64,000 bases of DNA from Blasia pusilla (Eukaryota), in the NCBI GenBank assembly GCA_050084515.1, contig CM114271.1, positions 41,602,001 through 41,666,000 of the forward strand, in the 5' to 3' direction. Shown here piece after piece: positions 1 to 12,637 of the stretch (position 1 is the first letter of the stretch; the number at the start of each line of letters is the position of its first letter). The notes under the pieces are model-generated. The model was not told the DNA's origin. It saw only the letters and a list, made by a program, of their open reading frames with translations, and did not search any database. The position numbers and the translations under genes were made by a program.

Positions 1-2
1 TC

Positions 3-753
3 GGAGACCCAGCTCTTTTTGACGAATGGAGAGCTGAGATGGAACTTATGGCTGGTCGTATCAAGACAGTCAGGCAGAGGCTATTTGATGATTTGACAGA
101 GAAGGACAAGAGTGGGAAAGACTGGTCTTTTGTGCTGAAGCAGATTGGCATGTTTTCATTCACTGGTCTCAGCAAGACCCAGGTATGAATTGATATTCTA
201 ACTGGTATCTAGATGTGTACTTCTCTTTCACCTTCAAGTCAGTTACTATGTTCAAAGGGTACCAATGGATAGGAAAGGAATGTGAAGAAGCCCTTCCAGG
301 AATATAGGGGGGAATCAGAGAGTTGAATAATTAAGTGCTGTGAGTCGAAGCTTCACAGGTCATGAGTCCAGAGCAGACAATTGTTGGTCCTAGCTGTTTA
401 TACACACAACAATCTCCTCTGAAAGGATAAGCTGGCTTACAAAAGTCTGCCCATTGTTGGAGGATTGGAGCTCGAAAGGATGGGTGAGGGCAGGGCAAAC
501 GATTGTGGGAGGGAAAGGCTTCACTTTGTTTGGCCTGAGTGATGAGAGAATCATTTTTTCAAATTGCTAACGGACTTGTTCGAAACGCTGATACTGAATT
601 CCTTACTTTTGGTGTGGACAGAGTGATAACATGACAAACAAGTGGCATGTATATATGACCAAGGATGGCCGAATTTCCCTTGCTGGTTTGTCTTTGGCCA
701 AATGCAGCTATCTGGCTGATGCGATCATAGATTCTTTCTACAACGTGAAATGA
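3..753 (+). CDS. ASP5: Aspartate aminotransferase, plastid ASP5-like; last two exons, 5' part outside the window
   Basis: Exon 3-182 reads [60 protein letters not shown], then a GT donor. After an AG acceptor, exon 622-753 reads [53 protein letters not shown] and DGRISLAG are AAT C-terminal motifs. Confidence 0.93.
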
Positions 754-3700
754 GCTCAACAGTGAGCATACTAAAGAGGAATTTTGTTATGTCCAGTTTT
801 GTCCTACATCTCCGTTGATCGGCATCGTCTCACACAAATAGATTGGTGGGCTCCACATAGGAAGCACGAAGTGGTTGCTGAGCCAAGGAACGTTTGTTAA
901 GGAAATCTTGAGGTCGATTTCGTCATCCATTCAACAAAACAACTGGTTCAACCAGGGTGTGATTTATTCTTCTCTTTTTACTGGAAATTTAGAATGCTGC
1001 ATCTATGTATAAGTGATGACGTTTCACGTGGAGAGAAGTTCTCATTAAATAAAGAATTGTCTCTACTAAGCATAGTTCGTTGTATCGTTTCATGACGCAT
1101 GAGTCGTGCAATCTAATTGCGCAGTGATGAGTTTACTCGTCAACTCTACTACTCGAGAACAACTGATACTCATCTAGCAAATATTCAAATGAGAACTTCC
1201 AAATATTCGTCTTATTCCTGATAGAAGAAAACCAATCAGAATGCAGGGTCGGCTAGAAACAGATTTGGTGTTACTTTCCAACTGTTCCGACAGTTTTAAC
1301 AGCTCCAAACAAAACCCAATAGGTGTTTGGCCGGAGGATGTTTTGAGCGGAAGTCTCGGGATGAAGTGAACATCTGGCCACTCGAACTTTAGACAATGAG
1401 AATTATGGAGGATTTTTATTTCTAGTTTGCCTCGACGATGTCTTCAGCTGGTGCCCGAATTCGGAATCCTATTGGCCTAGACGAGAACGCTTCTACTGGT
1501 TCAAAAGAGAGGTGATCTCCCAAGGAAGAGGTACTCTCCAAAGATATTAATAGATCATCTTGACTATAAATTTCACTGAAAATGGGCCATTTTCTAAAGT
1601 ATCGGATAGACCAGTATCGAATAATTTCGATGGTCTCTTTAAGTTTCTCTGGAGACGGGACATTTTATATCAAATCTCACCGGACAACAACTTCCAGACT
1701 ATCCACGTAACAGGGAAAGAGCGTCACTTCTCCCAATGCTACGTGCCTCCTGCTCTTTTATCGTCACATGTGGAACAGAAAAGGTTGGCCGGTCAAAGGA
1801 ACAACAATGGTCAGAAACGCAACATCAGGATTTCATTTAACGGAACCGAAATGGACGGGCCATCGAACTTCCGGCTGGATATTTTCGCCATTACGCGCAT
1901 TCGTGAATCCGGCGGATTCATTTCTGTGCTGGACTAATGCTTCTATGTGAGGAACAGAACAAGAGGGGCAGAGTGTGTGTGGAGGTTGTGGCGGTGGGGG
2001 CACGAGCCATCCATACCTCTAACATTGGAAACATTCACAGAAAAAAACTGGTGCCAAGGTAAGCATATTGGAAATGAACAGAAAGAGAACACCCCGAGAT
2101 TCAGTCTTCGGATATAAGGAAAGAGGAAAGGAAAGTTCTCGGTCATAAGGAAAGAGGGAAAGAACCACTGCTAGTTTCCACATCGGGAAAGGACAAGGAA
2201 AAGCCTAGCTTAACGGTCGGTGCATGGAGAACAAAAACTAGACGAAACCATCACGAAAAATACAGCTAGTCTACTCGGCGAGACGTGGCAGTGGAGTAAG
2301 ACAAAACTAGTCCACGAGCTTTCGCGCTCGAGCGAAAACTCGACGTATCTTTCAAATATACAAACAGGAATGAAACCCCTCGGATTCTCTCCCTCCGAGT
2401 CCCCCATACTGTGCTACACGAAGACCAAGCACAGCAGCACTCGGGAGTCGGGATACCGTGTTAAATAGCCAAAAAAGGCAATCCAGCATTCCCACTACCA
2501 TGTCTTGTGGGCCAGATATGCACTCAGTAACTGCGGTAGGGCAGGATCACAAACCTCGAAGCTTCGACAAGAAAGCATGCACAGATGAACCCCTAAACAG
2601 TGGCGTAGGTGGTGACTGGCCGACAAGAGAAACTTCACCAGGTGTGGGCCAGCTCCCGACTCCTGAGGCGGTAACTGGGATGAACCTCAGCAACCAAGAA
2701 ACCTTTACAACGACAACAGAGACTGAGATTATGAATGAGAAAACAGGGAGGTAGACACCGGCAGAGCTGAGAAACGTGAGCTGCCACTCGTGGGCCGGCT
2801 CCTGAAGTAGTAACTGCGATCGGACTCAGGAACCTAGTGACGCCAATGAAGAAAAGATACCACACATCCACTTGCTGGTGCGAGGGAAAAGAAACTTGGC
2901 GATCAAGTTTCGTACAAGCTCTCTGACGAAGCAGGTCAGGCGTTGGGGAGGTGGAGAATGACCGAAAAGCCAAAGCACACCCCTGAAGTCGCCGTCTACG
3001 CACGTGTCAAGTTGCAGTTGCAGGAAGGGGCTGACGATCGAATCACAGCCGGTCTAGCTGGCAGGGGCCTCAGCCCGTTGGGTTATTGTCTCCCATGCGT
3101 TGAAACTCCCCGGCGCTGTGGATTGCGGAGGAGAAGGAAACCTTTCACCTCAAGGACGGACCGACCGGGTCAGGCTGACGCGACGAAGAATGGCGAAGAG
3201 TGAGGCGGATTCTTGAAGAGGCAAATCGGAACGAGCGTAGATCGTTTTGTTCCCGAGTGTAGCGCCGGACGAGCGAGGGAGCCATCGAGAAACTTTCCTC
3301 GCTGGTTCCCAGAAAGATTAGAATCTGGGCGCCTATATGCTTTTGTGTGCAGGTCGGGGTCCAGAGCGCAGAGAGCGGATTCAGGAAAGGGAGATCGTCG
3401 GGTTTTTGGATGGAGATAGAAGCTTGTAACCGCAAGGCTCATGCAATAGCTACGAAAGTTGGAAAATGGAGGGAGAAATCTAGTTCGGAAGGATTAGAGG
3501 GTGTGGAATTTGTGTACTGTCGCTGGATGTGCAAAGAGGTGGAGCAGACGATCGACAATGATGTCGATTGGGATGACGCGGACTCCTACTAAGAGAGAGT
3601 TAGAATTGTTCGATATAGGAGAATAGTTGACGTTTCTGGATTGTGTGGCATTGTGGCGCAAATTATTGGGACCTGATAAATCTGTCCGAACTTTTTCTCC

Positions 3701-4017
3701 GCACGCCTGCAATTCTCAGGCGAAGGGTATTTTTTAATAACATTTTTCCCTTGTGCGTCGATATTGGGATCTTATTATATAGCCCTGATTCGGGAGTCCC
3801 GTTTTTGTGTCCGCTATGTAGACGAGAAGATGCCCAATGGCAGCAATATGCAGCACAGTAGATTGTAATGGTGAAATCATTGCTCCGATAGTTAGTCGAT
3901 GGGGTTTGTGAAGTCTGTTGATAGAAGTCTAATCCATCTGAATTGAAGCTGAAAGTGGAGCTTTACGACGACACATCGTAGTTTAGGAGAGCATTTGAGA
4001 CGACCAGGGTGGACACA

Positions 4018-7000
4018 ATGTCGCATCATGACGAGGAGCTGTCAGCGGTGCTCACACGGATGGCTCTGGCAGGAGATGGGGTCGTTCTGGGAATGGGATT
4101 GGCGGTGTTGGCTGTGAGAACTTGGCTAAAGTTTTGTACACATTCGAAAGCCTTAAAACAGGTGCGGGAGACCCCGGTCTCGAGGATTTCAGATTTGCGT
4201 AGCCTCGTGCAGCAGAAGAATGAGACAGATTGCAGGGAATTTCCGAAGTCGACTCCAGACTCCTTGGCCGGTTCAGACCTATCTACGTTCGTCGTGAAGC
4301 CTCCAACGAAGCCAATAGCCAAGGTTGGAGCAAAATTAGTAATTGTAAGGGGAAGAGTCTACACAACAGCGGCATTGGAGTCAACGGAAAAGAATCCAGA
4401 GCACGTGGAAGCGTTGGTCTCACAGACTGGGAATGAGAAAGGAGTATATGTGGAGAGGACTCAAACGGTAGTCTACTTGCCAGCCTCTTCCCTGCAGATC
4501 GTCTTGGTTCTAGAGTTGTTTTGTGTAAAAAATTGGACCTGAATACGCACTATACTTAATCCCCTGGGAATTGAAGGACTAAGACTCAATGCCTTAAGCT
4601 CTTCTACGCTTTTTTTTTTGCTATGCGTCCTTGGCCAAGGTATCATGGATCTGATTCTACTTCTGCAGGTCATTTATGCCTGTGTCATGTAACTATTGTG
4701 AAAGGTGCACGAGATTGAATTTTCGCCACAAAATCATGGATATTGCGCTTTTCGCTACCATGAAGACAATCTGAGTTTCCAATAGAGTAAACCTAAATAG
4801 TCATTTGTACATTCATTTTCGTAAAGTGAGCCAATGGTGCTTGCATTCTTCGACCGTTTTTAGCTAGGCGGATGGAAATGGGACTGCGATTGGGAGTAGG
4901 GTTCACATGTGACTCGTAGCTAGTTTGTTTGATAGTACAGTGTAGAATGCATCAATCCTCTTTGAGGTGGAAGAATTTTCTAATGTATTTGGTGCATATA
5001 TCATTGTTTATGAATGGCTACTGTCTTGGCTCCCTGTAGAGGGCTTACCATGTGTGCCTGGTTATTTGGATTGTCTCAGTACATGCACACTGAGATGAAC
5101 AGCTTGTTGGGCTGGATAACCCAGAAAGATCTGATCACGCTCACAAGGCGAATGGTACGCCCATGCAGAGCTCTAATCTATTCTCTCCTTTGTCCTGTTT
5201 TGATTCCCTGTGCTGTTCTCAGTGCTTGTACAATGAATCGAGAGGCATTTTTGGGTGGGGCTTTGAGAGGAAGAGCCTATTGGGATGGGGCTCTCATAAG
5301 GAGCAAGTTACTGTCTCAAGACAGAAGGTATGCTATGGAGTACAATTTTTCAGATTTCTTGGTAGAATGGATACTACTTTACCTTTGATAGTAAGGTGAC
5401 TTTCAGACTAAACAATGTGGAATAGAGAGCTGCAAAGTATGAATGGTTGTGGTTTGCAGTAGACTTTGGAAGCAGAAGCTGAAGGTTTTGCAGTTCCTGA
5501 ATTGGAGGATTGACAATTTTCATGTGGATCAGTGTCTGAGAAGGCTGAGTTTGGGGCATTCGTGAGCAGTTGTAAATGGTTGTGTTGTTTTACAATATGT
5601 GAGTTGGGGTCCAGGGTGTTTAGTCTCGGTCGAATGGTGTGCAGGTACCGTTTGTGTTGGCAGGGAGTGATGTCCATTTTGACTCTTCACAACCAAAAGT
5701 TTGTGTCCACGTTCAGCTGGATGATCCGCCGAAGCAACCTTTACCTCTGGTTACAGTATATCATAAGTTGCATCCTGTCCCAGCATCTTCTTATACATTC
5801 TTCCAGGCCATGTTTGGACGACGGTATCCAGTAAGCCCCCGCTTTTTTCTCGTTTATATTCCGTAACATTTGAAGAACTCTTGGTTCACACTGCTTTAAA
5901 GTATTCCATGAGGTTTTGATCTTTTTTGGTTTATTTTTTCTCTCTTCAATACCATACAGGTTGGTTTGCTAGATGAAGAGAAGATTCTGCCAGTCGGGAA
6001 GGAAATCACTGCAGTTGGGGTCATAGGTGCATCTACAGATGGTAACGCCATAATATATTCCTGCAAGCATCTTCCTTGCTTCCTGTAAGTTCTCAGATAC
6101 TTGTTATGTGTCATCACTCTTTCTGTCATCCATATTCTTTACCTGTCATTTCATGAAAGGCTATGGGTCCCTTTTGTAGGTGGTAGATGTATGTCGTAAG
6201 TTCGTCAACTTGCTTGTCACTCTTGAATCCTGGAAACTGTGCAGGGTAGAGGGCACACGTGAGCAACTGATCACAGAACTAGCCACAGGAACAAAACTTC
6301 TCATGTGGACTGGCATTGCTATGAGCACCATAGCAGTGGGAATCCTGGGTTATTCGTTTGTCAAGTAAGTGTTGACTGCTGACCTCAAAATTGTAATTCC
6401 CACTGTGTTACTAGTCTTATCCTGCTGTAATTACTTTGCCATGGGTGGTATGGTGGTTCTTGACTGTTTTCCCCTTAGTTTAGACTGCTATTTAGCATAA
6501 CCCATAGCTAGATGTATGGAATATCAAGCTCCGGGTGAAAGGTCTGATAACAATAGTGATTCCAATTCTCAAACGAATAATACTGTTTAATTTAGTCATG
6601 GTCTGAATGTGGATAGCCAGAATAGCTTGTTGCATCCGGAAGTTCATACTGAATATATTTAGGTCAAGTTCATAAATTGCCGTACCCCTGATGATACTTC
6701 ATGATTGCCAGAATGATTGAGAGTAGGGTTTATGGAGCCTTTGCTGGTCCATGGGCATTGACTTATAACAACAAGAAATTCGTCGTTGACTACAGAAACT
6801 GGACTAAATATAAAGCCAGACAACGGGACAGGCAGAGGAGAGATGAGGAGTCCAGGCAAGACAGACTTTTGGTGGAATATGAGCTGGAAGATATCACAGA
6901 TGTGCCTGATGGAGAACTCTGCATCGTATGCTTACTACGAAGGAGAAGGGCAGCATTCATATTTTGTGGGCATCGAGTGTGCTGTGTTAGCTGTGCTCAA

Positions 7001-7081
7001 AGGGTTGAGCAAGGTGTCAATCCCAGATGTCCTGTGTGCAGACAATCAGTAACTGGATATGTCCGTGTGTTTGATAGCTGA
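4018..7081 (+). CDS. SPL2: SP1/MUL1-family RING E3 ubiquitin ligase (TM-GIDE-TM-RING), SPL2-like
   Basis: GT-AG exons 4018-4467, 5223-5327, 5645-5830, 5960-6084, 6245-6364 and 6796-7081 join in frame. N-terminal TM (DGVVLGMGLAVLAV), GIDE motifs (VPFVL, QPLPLVTVY, VGLLDEEKILPVGKEITAVG), second TM, C-terminal RING (PDGELCIVCLLRRRRAAFIFCGHRVCCVSCAQRVEQGVNPRCPVCRQSV). Closely resembles Arabidopsis SP1-LIKE2. Confidence 0.92.
5080..5154 (+). CDS. Candidate alternative (duplicated) exon 2 of the SPL2 gene
   Basis: ttgtctcAG|TAC...ATG|GTacgc; 75 nt, phase 0/0, no stop. Encodes YMHTEMNSLLGWITQKDLITLTRRM, paralogous to exon 5223-5327. Confidence 0.6.
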
Positions 7082-10000
7082 TAAAGCTGCAAAGTTACCA
7101 TATATCTCTATCCATCAAGCTTGCAGGTGAATGTAAGGGGCGTGGCAAATATCATCGAGGCCTCTTGTAAATTCCTTATTACTTCAAGCAGAGCTACTAA
7201 ATTGGATAGACAGCTTGAAATAGCGGAGCTATTACCTCAGCTGTCAAAACAGCTACGAGGTGCAGAGTCACCGTGGATTTTTTACTTGCCGGAAACTCAA
7301 GTCTGAATCTATCACTTGCAGCCCTTACCCTAAATGTTTTAGTTGATCAGATGTGTTGTAGTTAAGGAAAGCCTCTTTCCGCCCAACTGGACAAGTATAT
7401 GGTTTTTCAAAGGGCCTGGGAAATGTTCGTAACTCAAGCGCTTACTGAAGCTTTCAGTATGGGAGAATCCAGCATCAAATCTCATAAAGCTGTATAGACA
7501 TTCATGGTGTGGTGTGAACAGGTCTGCACAAGATGGAGAAGTTCCAGTTTGAGGTGTTGATCACAGCTTAAAATTCAGGCCTTGGAGTTAATTGGAAGTA
7601 AAGTGGTCACTTATCTCAAACCAAAGATTTAGATAGGCTCCTTTATGAGATCTACCATCTGCCAGTGTTCTAGTAGGGCAGATGATGCTCATTTTGTAGG
7701 GGTAGTTACATGAAAACTGAAGGATCATATCAGTGGAGGAAGAGAAGGAAGGCTTAGGATCGATCTGGGATAACCCGACACAAGGATTATGATGCAGAGG
7801 AAGGTGGCTGTGGGTTTGTCTTGTCTGGTGGTTGCAGACGTTTGTTGAAGTCTTGGCTTTCCATCTGCAAGGGACCAAAGTAACTCGTCGATTTGTAAAG
7901 TGCTACCATACCTTCAGGGTTACAATTCGGGTTGAATTCATGTATCTTCGAATTGGTAGCTCTTCTCGAGTCTTCTCTGTGAGCTAGGTATGGGATTCCA
8001 CGACCATTAACGTAGGTGATTGAGAAAGTTACGTTGTATTTGTCATGCCTTCATTTGCAAGGCCAATTGTTTCATGTGAATAGGCTTCTACTCTATATGT
8101 CCCTTGAAGGTTAACTTTTCTATGTCTTAGTCATGCCCTTACAGCACATGGGCTTTTGCTGGGTATTGCAACCAACCACGAGATCTAGAACTAGAAATAA
8201 CTAGACGCATCACCTGGTTTTCTCCTGCAGGTTCGTCTCCCCCACAGATATCGAGGATAGTGGAACGTACGCAAGGGAGTATGCTATACGGCGGGGTGGC
8301 TCCATGCTCCATTTAAAGCTTAATGGGCTAGTTTGAATGCCATGAGGATTGGGGAAGAGAGACCTCCACTAGACTACTCGCACAAGCACTCCAATTTCAA
8401 TGGAAGGGGGGTTTTCCTCAAATCTCCAGACACGAGTTTGATGGATGAAATTAGTGTCAGAACTCCCGATCCATCCGTTTGGATTTGACATTGCAAATAT
8501 GTAGAGATACCGTCTTGTTCGAATAGTCTTGCTGCACAGGAGTGACAGGTTCCGATGGATAGAATTTGGAGGATGGTAACGTTCGTACGGTCAGAGCTCT
8601 GAGGAAGGATTCTCCTTTACAAACCAGGACACTTCGATCAAGCACACAAAGAATTCGGGAACGAGATCTGGGTGCGATTCTTAAAGTGTCAGTAAGAGTT
8701 GCGAAGACCTCAGCGAGAAATTACGGCGCTGAATTAAAGAGTGGTACCACAATTCAGTCGAGGTTTGGGGACAGTTAGGGCCAGAAGGTGGTGGTTAGGT
8801 GAAAACGTGAAGGTTGGTCCGGGACTAATGCAGTGGTATTTTTGAATCCATATAACTCGTGTGGACCCCCCGGAGTTAAGGATGAAAGTGATGTTGTGTG
8901 GGGAAATTAATTTTAGATCCGGAGCCATAAATAAATTTTATAGTTCGGGTAGGAATCAAGGTAAAGGGAGGGCAATTTTTTTTCCATCTTAATAGGATGA
9001 TGGAAAACATTATCGCTACAACTTTTATACATATACGAATTTTTTTTACCAGATCGGATCACAGAATGCTAATGGCATATGTTATTGAAAGTTTTGTATT
9101 AAAACAATTGTGATTGTTTCTTTTATTAATAGTTTTCCCCTATCTAAAATTTCGAGTGCAAGCATGTGTTGGGTGAGAATGGTACTTACGTCCACTCATT
9201 TGAAGCTTGAGGAGGAAATATCCTAACTTGATTTTAGAATTGGTCAATAGCAATACAAACTTGATAAGTACAACTATGAAGATGAAGTCAAAGTTTATTT
9301 CATATACAATTGGAATGTACAATTTTCATGTTGATTGGACCCTTTTGGGTCACATGTCTGAAAAATATTTGGAGATCACATGGTGATTGTTTCTTTGACA
9401 AGACTTTAAAATTTGAATTAAAGTCTTAATTTTACGTGTACTTATTTGAAATTTGGGGCTCCATTTTGATCGTGATAATTGTACACATTGACGTCAAAGA
9501 TAGGACCAATTGTTGGGGTATAAGGTTGTGTAGATATGCAGAGGATTTTGGAGGAGTTTGTACTTTTTTGTATATGGGAAAATTTTGTGTACTGCCATAC
9601 TAACCGTATTTAAATCAATAGAGTAGCATGCTTAGCACTTTAACATGCCACTATTCAAGGAGATAAGCATTTGCATCAAAACCAGATTCAAAACTTCAAA
9701 TTTGCAATAGAAGTTTCAAGTTACTTCTTTATTCATTTTTTTTTAATTCATACATGTTCATACTTCAAAACATGCTTGAGAGTGAACACTTCAGATGAAA
9801 GGTGAGTCTTTTATTCATTTCTATGCTATTCATAAATGTCTTTGATATGTTCAAAAACTTTCCAATTGAGAATTCGTTGTGCTTATGATATATACATGTA
9901 TGAGTTGCAAAAGAGGAAATTAGTCCCTCTATTCTACAATAAGCTCTACACTCTCTTGAGTTTTCCCCAACTATGAATAGCATAGAATCTTTCTTGTGGA

Positions 10001-10529
10001 TTGTTGATTGTGTACTAGCTTTACTACTCCCCGGAAACTTGAGAGAGTAGGTTTTCCTTTCGTTTCGGCTCATTTGGAGCCATATAGAAAAAAAACGTAC
10101 TATTTTGAGTAAGTTTCCATGTTTGGTAGAGTTGACTTTCCACTTAGGGAAGTGGTCCTTGAGTTGCAGCAGATCAAGAGCCAAGGAGGTGACCTGCGAG
10201 CATAGGTTATCGAGGAGAGAGCTTGGGAGAAGGAAGGGGATATACCCGAAGGAGATAGATCTTGAGAGCTCATTCTCTCTTTGTTGGACCTCTTGGTATG
10301 AGGCGGTGGAGCTATAGTCTTGCTTGCCTTGTAGTGTAACCGAACCCTCTCATTAGGAGAATGGGTTTGGTTTGACATTGAGAGAGACATGTGAGATTGC
10401 ACACATTTGAGAGTTATGGTGTTGAGAGCGATTGGATCTACTAGATTTATTGGAGATATTATGGTACTTCTTGTCTCGTTGTTTGGATGCCATGAGTTAG
10501 CATGGGATCGTGCGTGTTTGTGTGAATGT

Positions 10530-10870
10530 TTGTCGACAACTATGTATGTTGTGTAGCGATGTGTATGCGTACGATATATTGGACATGATGGTAGAAAGTT
10601 TTATTTTACACGTGCAAGAGGTTATCACTCCATAAGTTTGTAATCGTGCATCATCTAATCTTCTAAAAATTGATGGATGTATTAATATTGATAAATATTG
10701 ATCGAAGCTTAGAAATGGTTCTTGTAGGCTCAAGATACATGTTGTGTGGGTCTTCTAGAAGAGTAGTCACACGCTATATTATGATGGGTGTTTAAAAGGA
10801 TGGCATATGTCATGTTTGAACCTCTTCATTTGGTTCCTCAAGGACATTGGCTTTTTCTTAGATGTATTCG
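10530..10870 (+). mobile_element. Degraded Ty3/gypsy integrase C-terminus with PHD finger
   Basis: Across stops and frameshifts: ILDMMVESFILHVQEV...NLLKIDG...GSRYMLCG...YDGCLKGWHMSCL/PLHLVPQGHWLFLRC, a decayed PHD (C4HC3) pattern downstream of a sequence resembling a gypsy integrase tail. Confidence 0.65.
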
Positions 10871-11199
10871 GATTTGATGGATGGGTTGCAAGAAGACTCT
10901 TAATCTTATGGATTACACAAAGGTGATAAAAAATGGGGAGACATAGCTCATGAACTTCCAATTTAGGCACCAAAAATATTGTGCATGGCATCTTGATTTA
11001 TTTGATGGGTTGTATAGGGTTGGAGGGACCTAACAACCAACTATTCGAGCGATATTGATTGGGTATGTGTAGTTGTTTGTGTAGATATATTCTAGGATTC
11101 CTAGGATTTATGGGATTCATGGTATACATGGATCTTAGACATATGTTGAAGACAATAGACATATGTTGGTTATAAATCTGTATTTGCACAATGGTTATC

Positions 11200-11690
11200 A
11201 TCACTACAAGAAGACAAGATTGTATCGAGCCTTTGATATAATCTCCTCTATTGTAATAACGTAGACAGAAGAACTACGAGAATGGGCGAGTTGATGATTC
11301 TCGTGGGAATTGTAAACATATGTTTCAAAGGACACATAAAAGTGCCCAAAGACTTCCACTACAAAAGCAATAAATTCAGGGGCCATATGTTTCACAATAG
11401 AACTTAGCTCCTAGTTTCTTGTTGTTGCATTGGTCATAAATTCTTTAACATATGCAATCGGACATACCAAATTGGAATGTGTTGGATCAATAACCATCAC
11501 ACCACCCAAAAAACAAGACCCTCCTCGAGATATAACAATATCAACTCTCCGACATGATGTTCCTTGTGTCGTAGAGGGTAGTACGTTTAGTCGCCATTGC
11601 CCAACGATGTCCCCTATAAATTCAACTTATTGATGCTACTACCTCTCGATTTCTCAAGTCATACCATGGATCCCCATCACGTGATAACTT
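11200..11690 (-). mobile_element. 3' fragment of RLE-type (CRE-like) non-LTR retrotransposon
   Basis: 11430-11610 is similar at nucleotide level to 28260-28410. Minus strand encodes FIAFVVEVFGHFYVSFETY, matching the endonuclease tail also at 25650-25800 and 32260-32300. Confidence 0.75.
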
Positions 11691-12112
11691 TGGATTCCTT
11701 TTTTATTCATGGGCTCCAAATTTAAAAATTGATTAAAAAACTATTTCTCGTGGCCCATTATCCGCTCGTATGTCTCCACACTTTTTTTAACAATTACTTA
11801 ATAATATTATTCCACGCCCTCTCAAGACCGCACACTGGTTATAATTTTTTAAAATATTTTACACCCGTAAAAGGAAGGTCGAGTGTCCCACCCTCCCTCC
11901 GGCGTTCAAGCGGAAAAGAAATCCAGACTCTTTTTCTTTATCCCTCACAAGGCCGGATATTTTAACACCAGAACATGACGACATTCCCAGGTGTCGTATT
12001 ACTGTACAAGGCCGTCCTCTCGTCTCGGAGCCCGAAGACAGCGTCTTGACAAGGGGAACGGCGGCCATTGGAGGGGAAAGCCACGCTCGTTGGAACACAG
12101 AGTGACCTTTCC

Positions 12113-12120
12113 CACGTGGC
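12113..12120 (+). promoter_or_regulatory. G-box/ABRE-like motif upstream of the F-box gene
   Basis: CACGTGGC in the GC-rich region about 520 bp upstream of the predicted ATG; motif match only. Confidence 0.25.
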
Positions 12121-12637
12121 GGAAAGACAAACGCCATCGACTGCAGAACCTTTTCTGTCTGGTCCGGATATCAATACCTCAGCAAATGTTCCATGTAAGG
12201 TTTCCGGGCAGAGAGTGACCGTTGGATCAGATCAGTGGATGGCGTGGATTGCGTCTCGAGAGGGAATCCAGCTGTGGGCTGGCTTGGGGTGGGGTCCTCC
12301 TTTACGGAAACGTCACCGCAGGTTTGATCCGCCCTGTCTGTTTGGTTGCGATGGAGTTGTGTGAGCAGAATGACAAGGGAGTGAAGGACGGAAGACTGCG
12401 TGCCACAGAGAGAATGAAAACAGAAATAACGAGAGGATTCTCATACCGCATCCCCCTGTCCTCTCCCCAAAATCTGATCGAAAGTTGTATTCACGAGACT
12501 GGCAATGCGGTAGACGGACGCGCTCTTGCTTGCCGGGTACTTTTGTGTTGGCAGCGTGAAGAAAAAGATAATTGTTCGATGACTGTTTGGGCATCCTGCT
12601 GTGGGCATCGCGAGGAAAGCATAAGGAAGCATGGAGG

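Noticed and set aside
1200..3600. Several 60-125 aa ORFs between the AAT and SPL2 genes
   Set aside because: No recognisable motifs or consistent splice pattern; probably UTR, promoter or intergenic sequence.
5027..5038. tggctccctgta, a 12-nt match to the miR160 core
   Set aside because: Flanks do not match the mature miRNA and I see no star arm or hairpin; likely chance.
6701..6795. N-terminal part of the 126-aa RING ORF
   Set aside because: It is intron sequence in frame with the last SPL2 exon, which starts at 6796.
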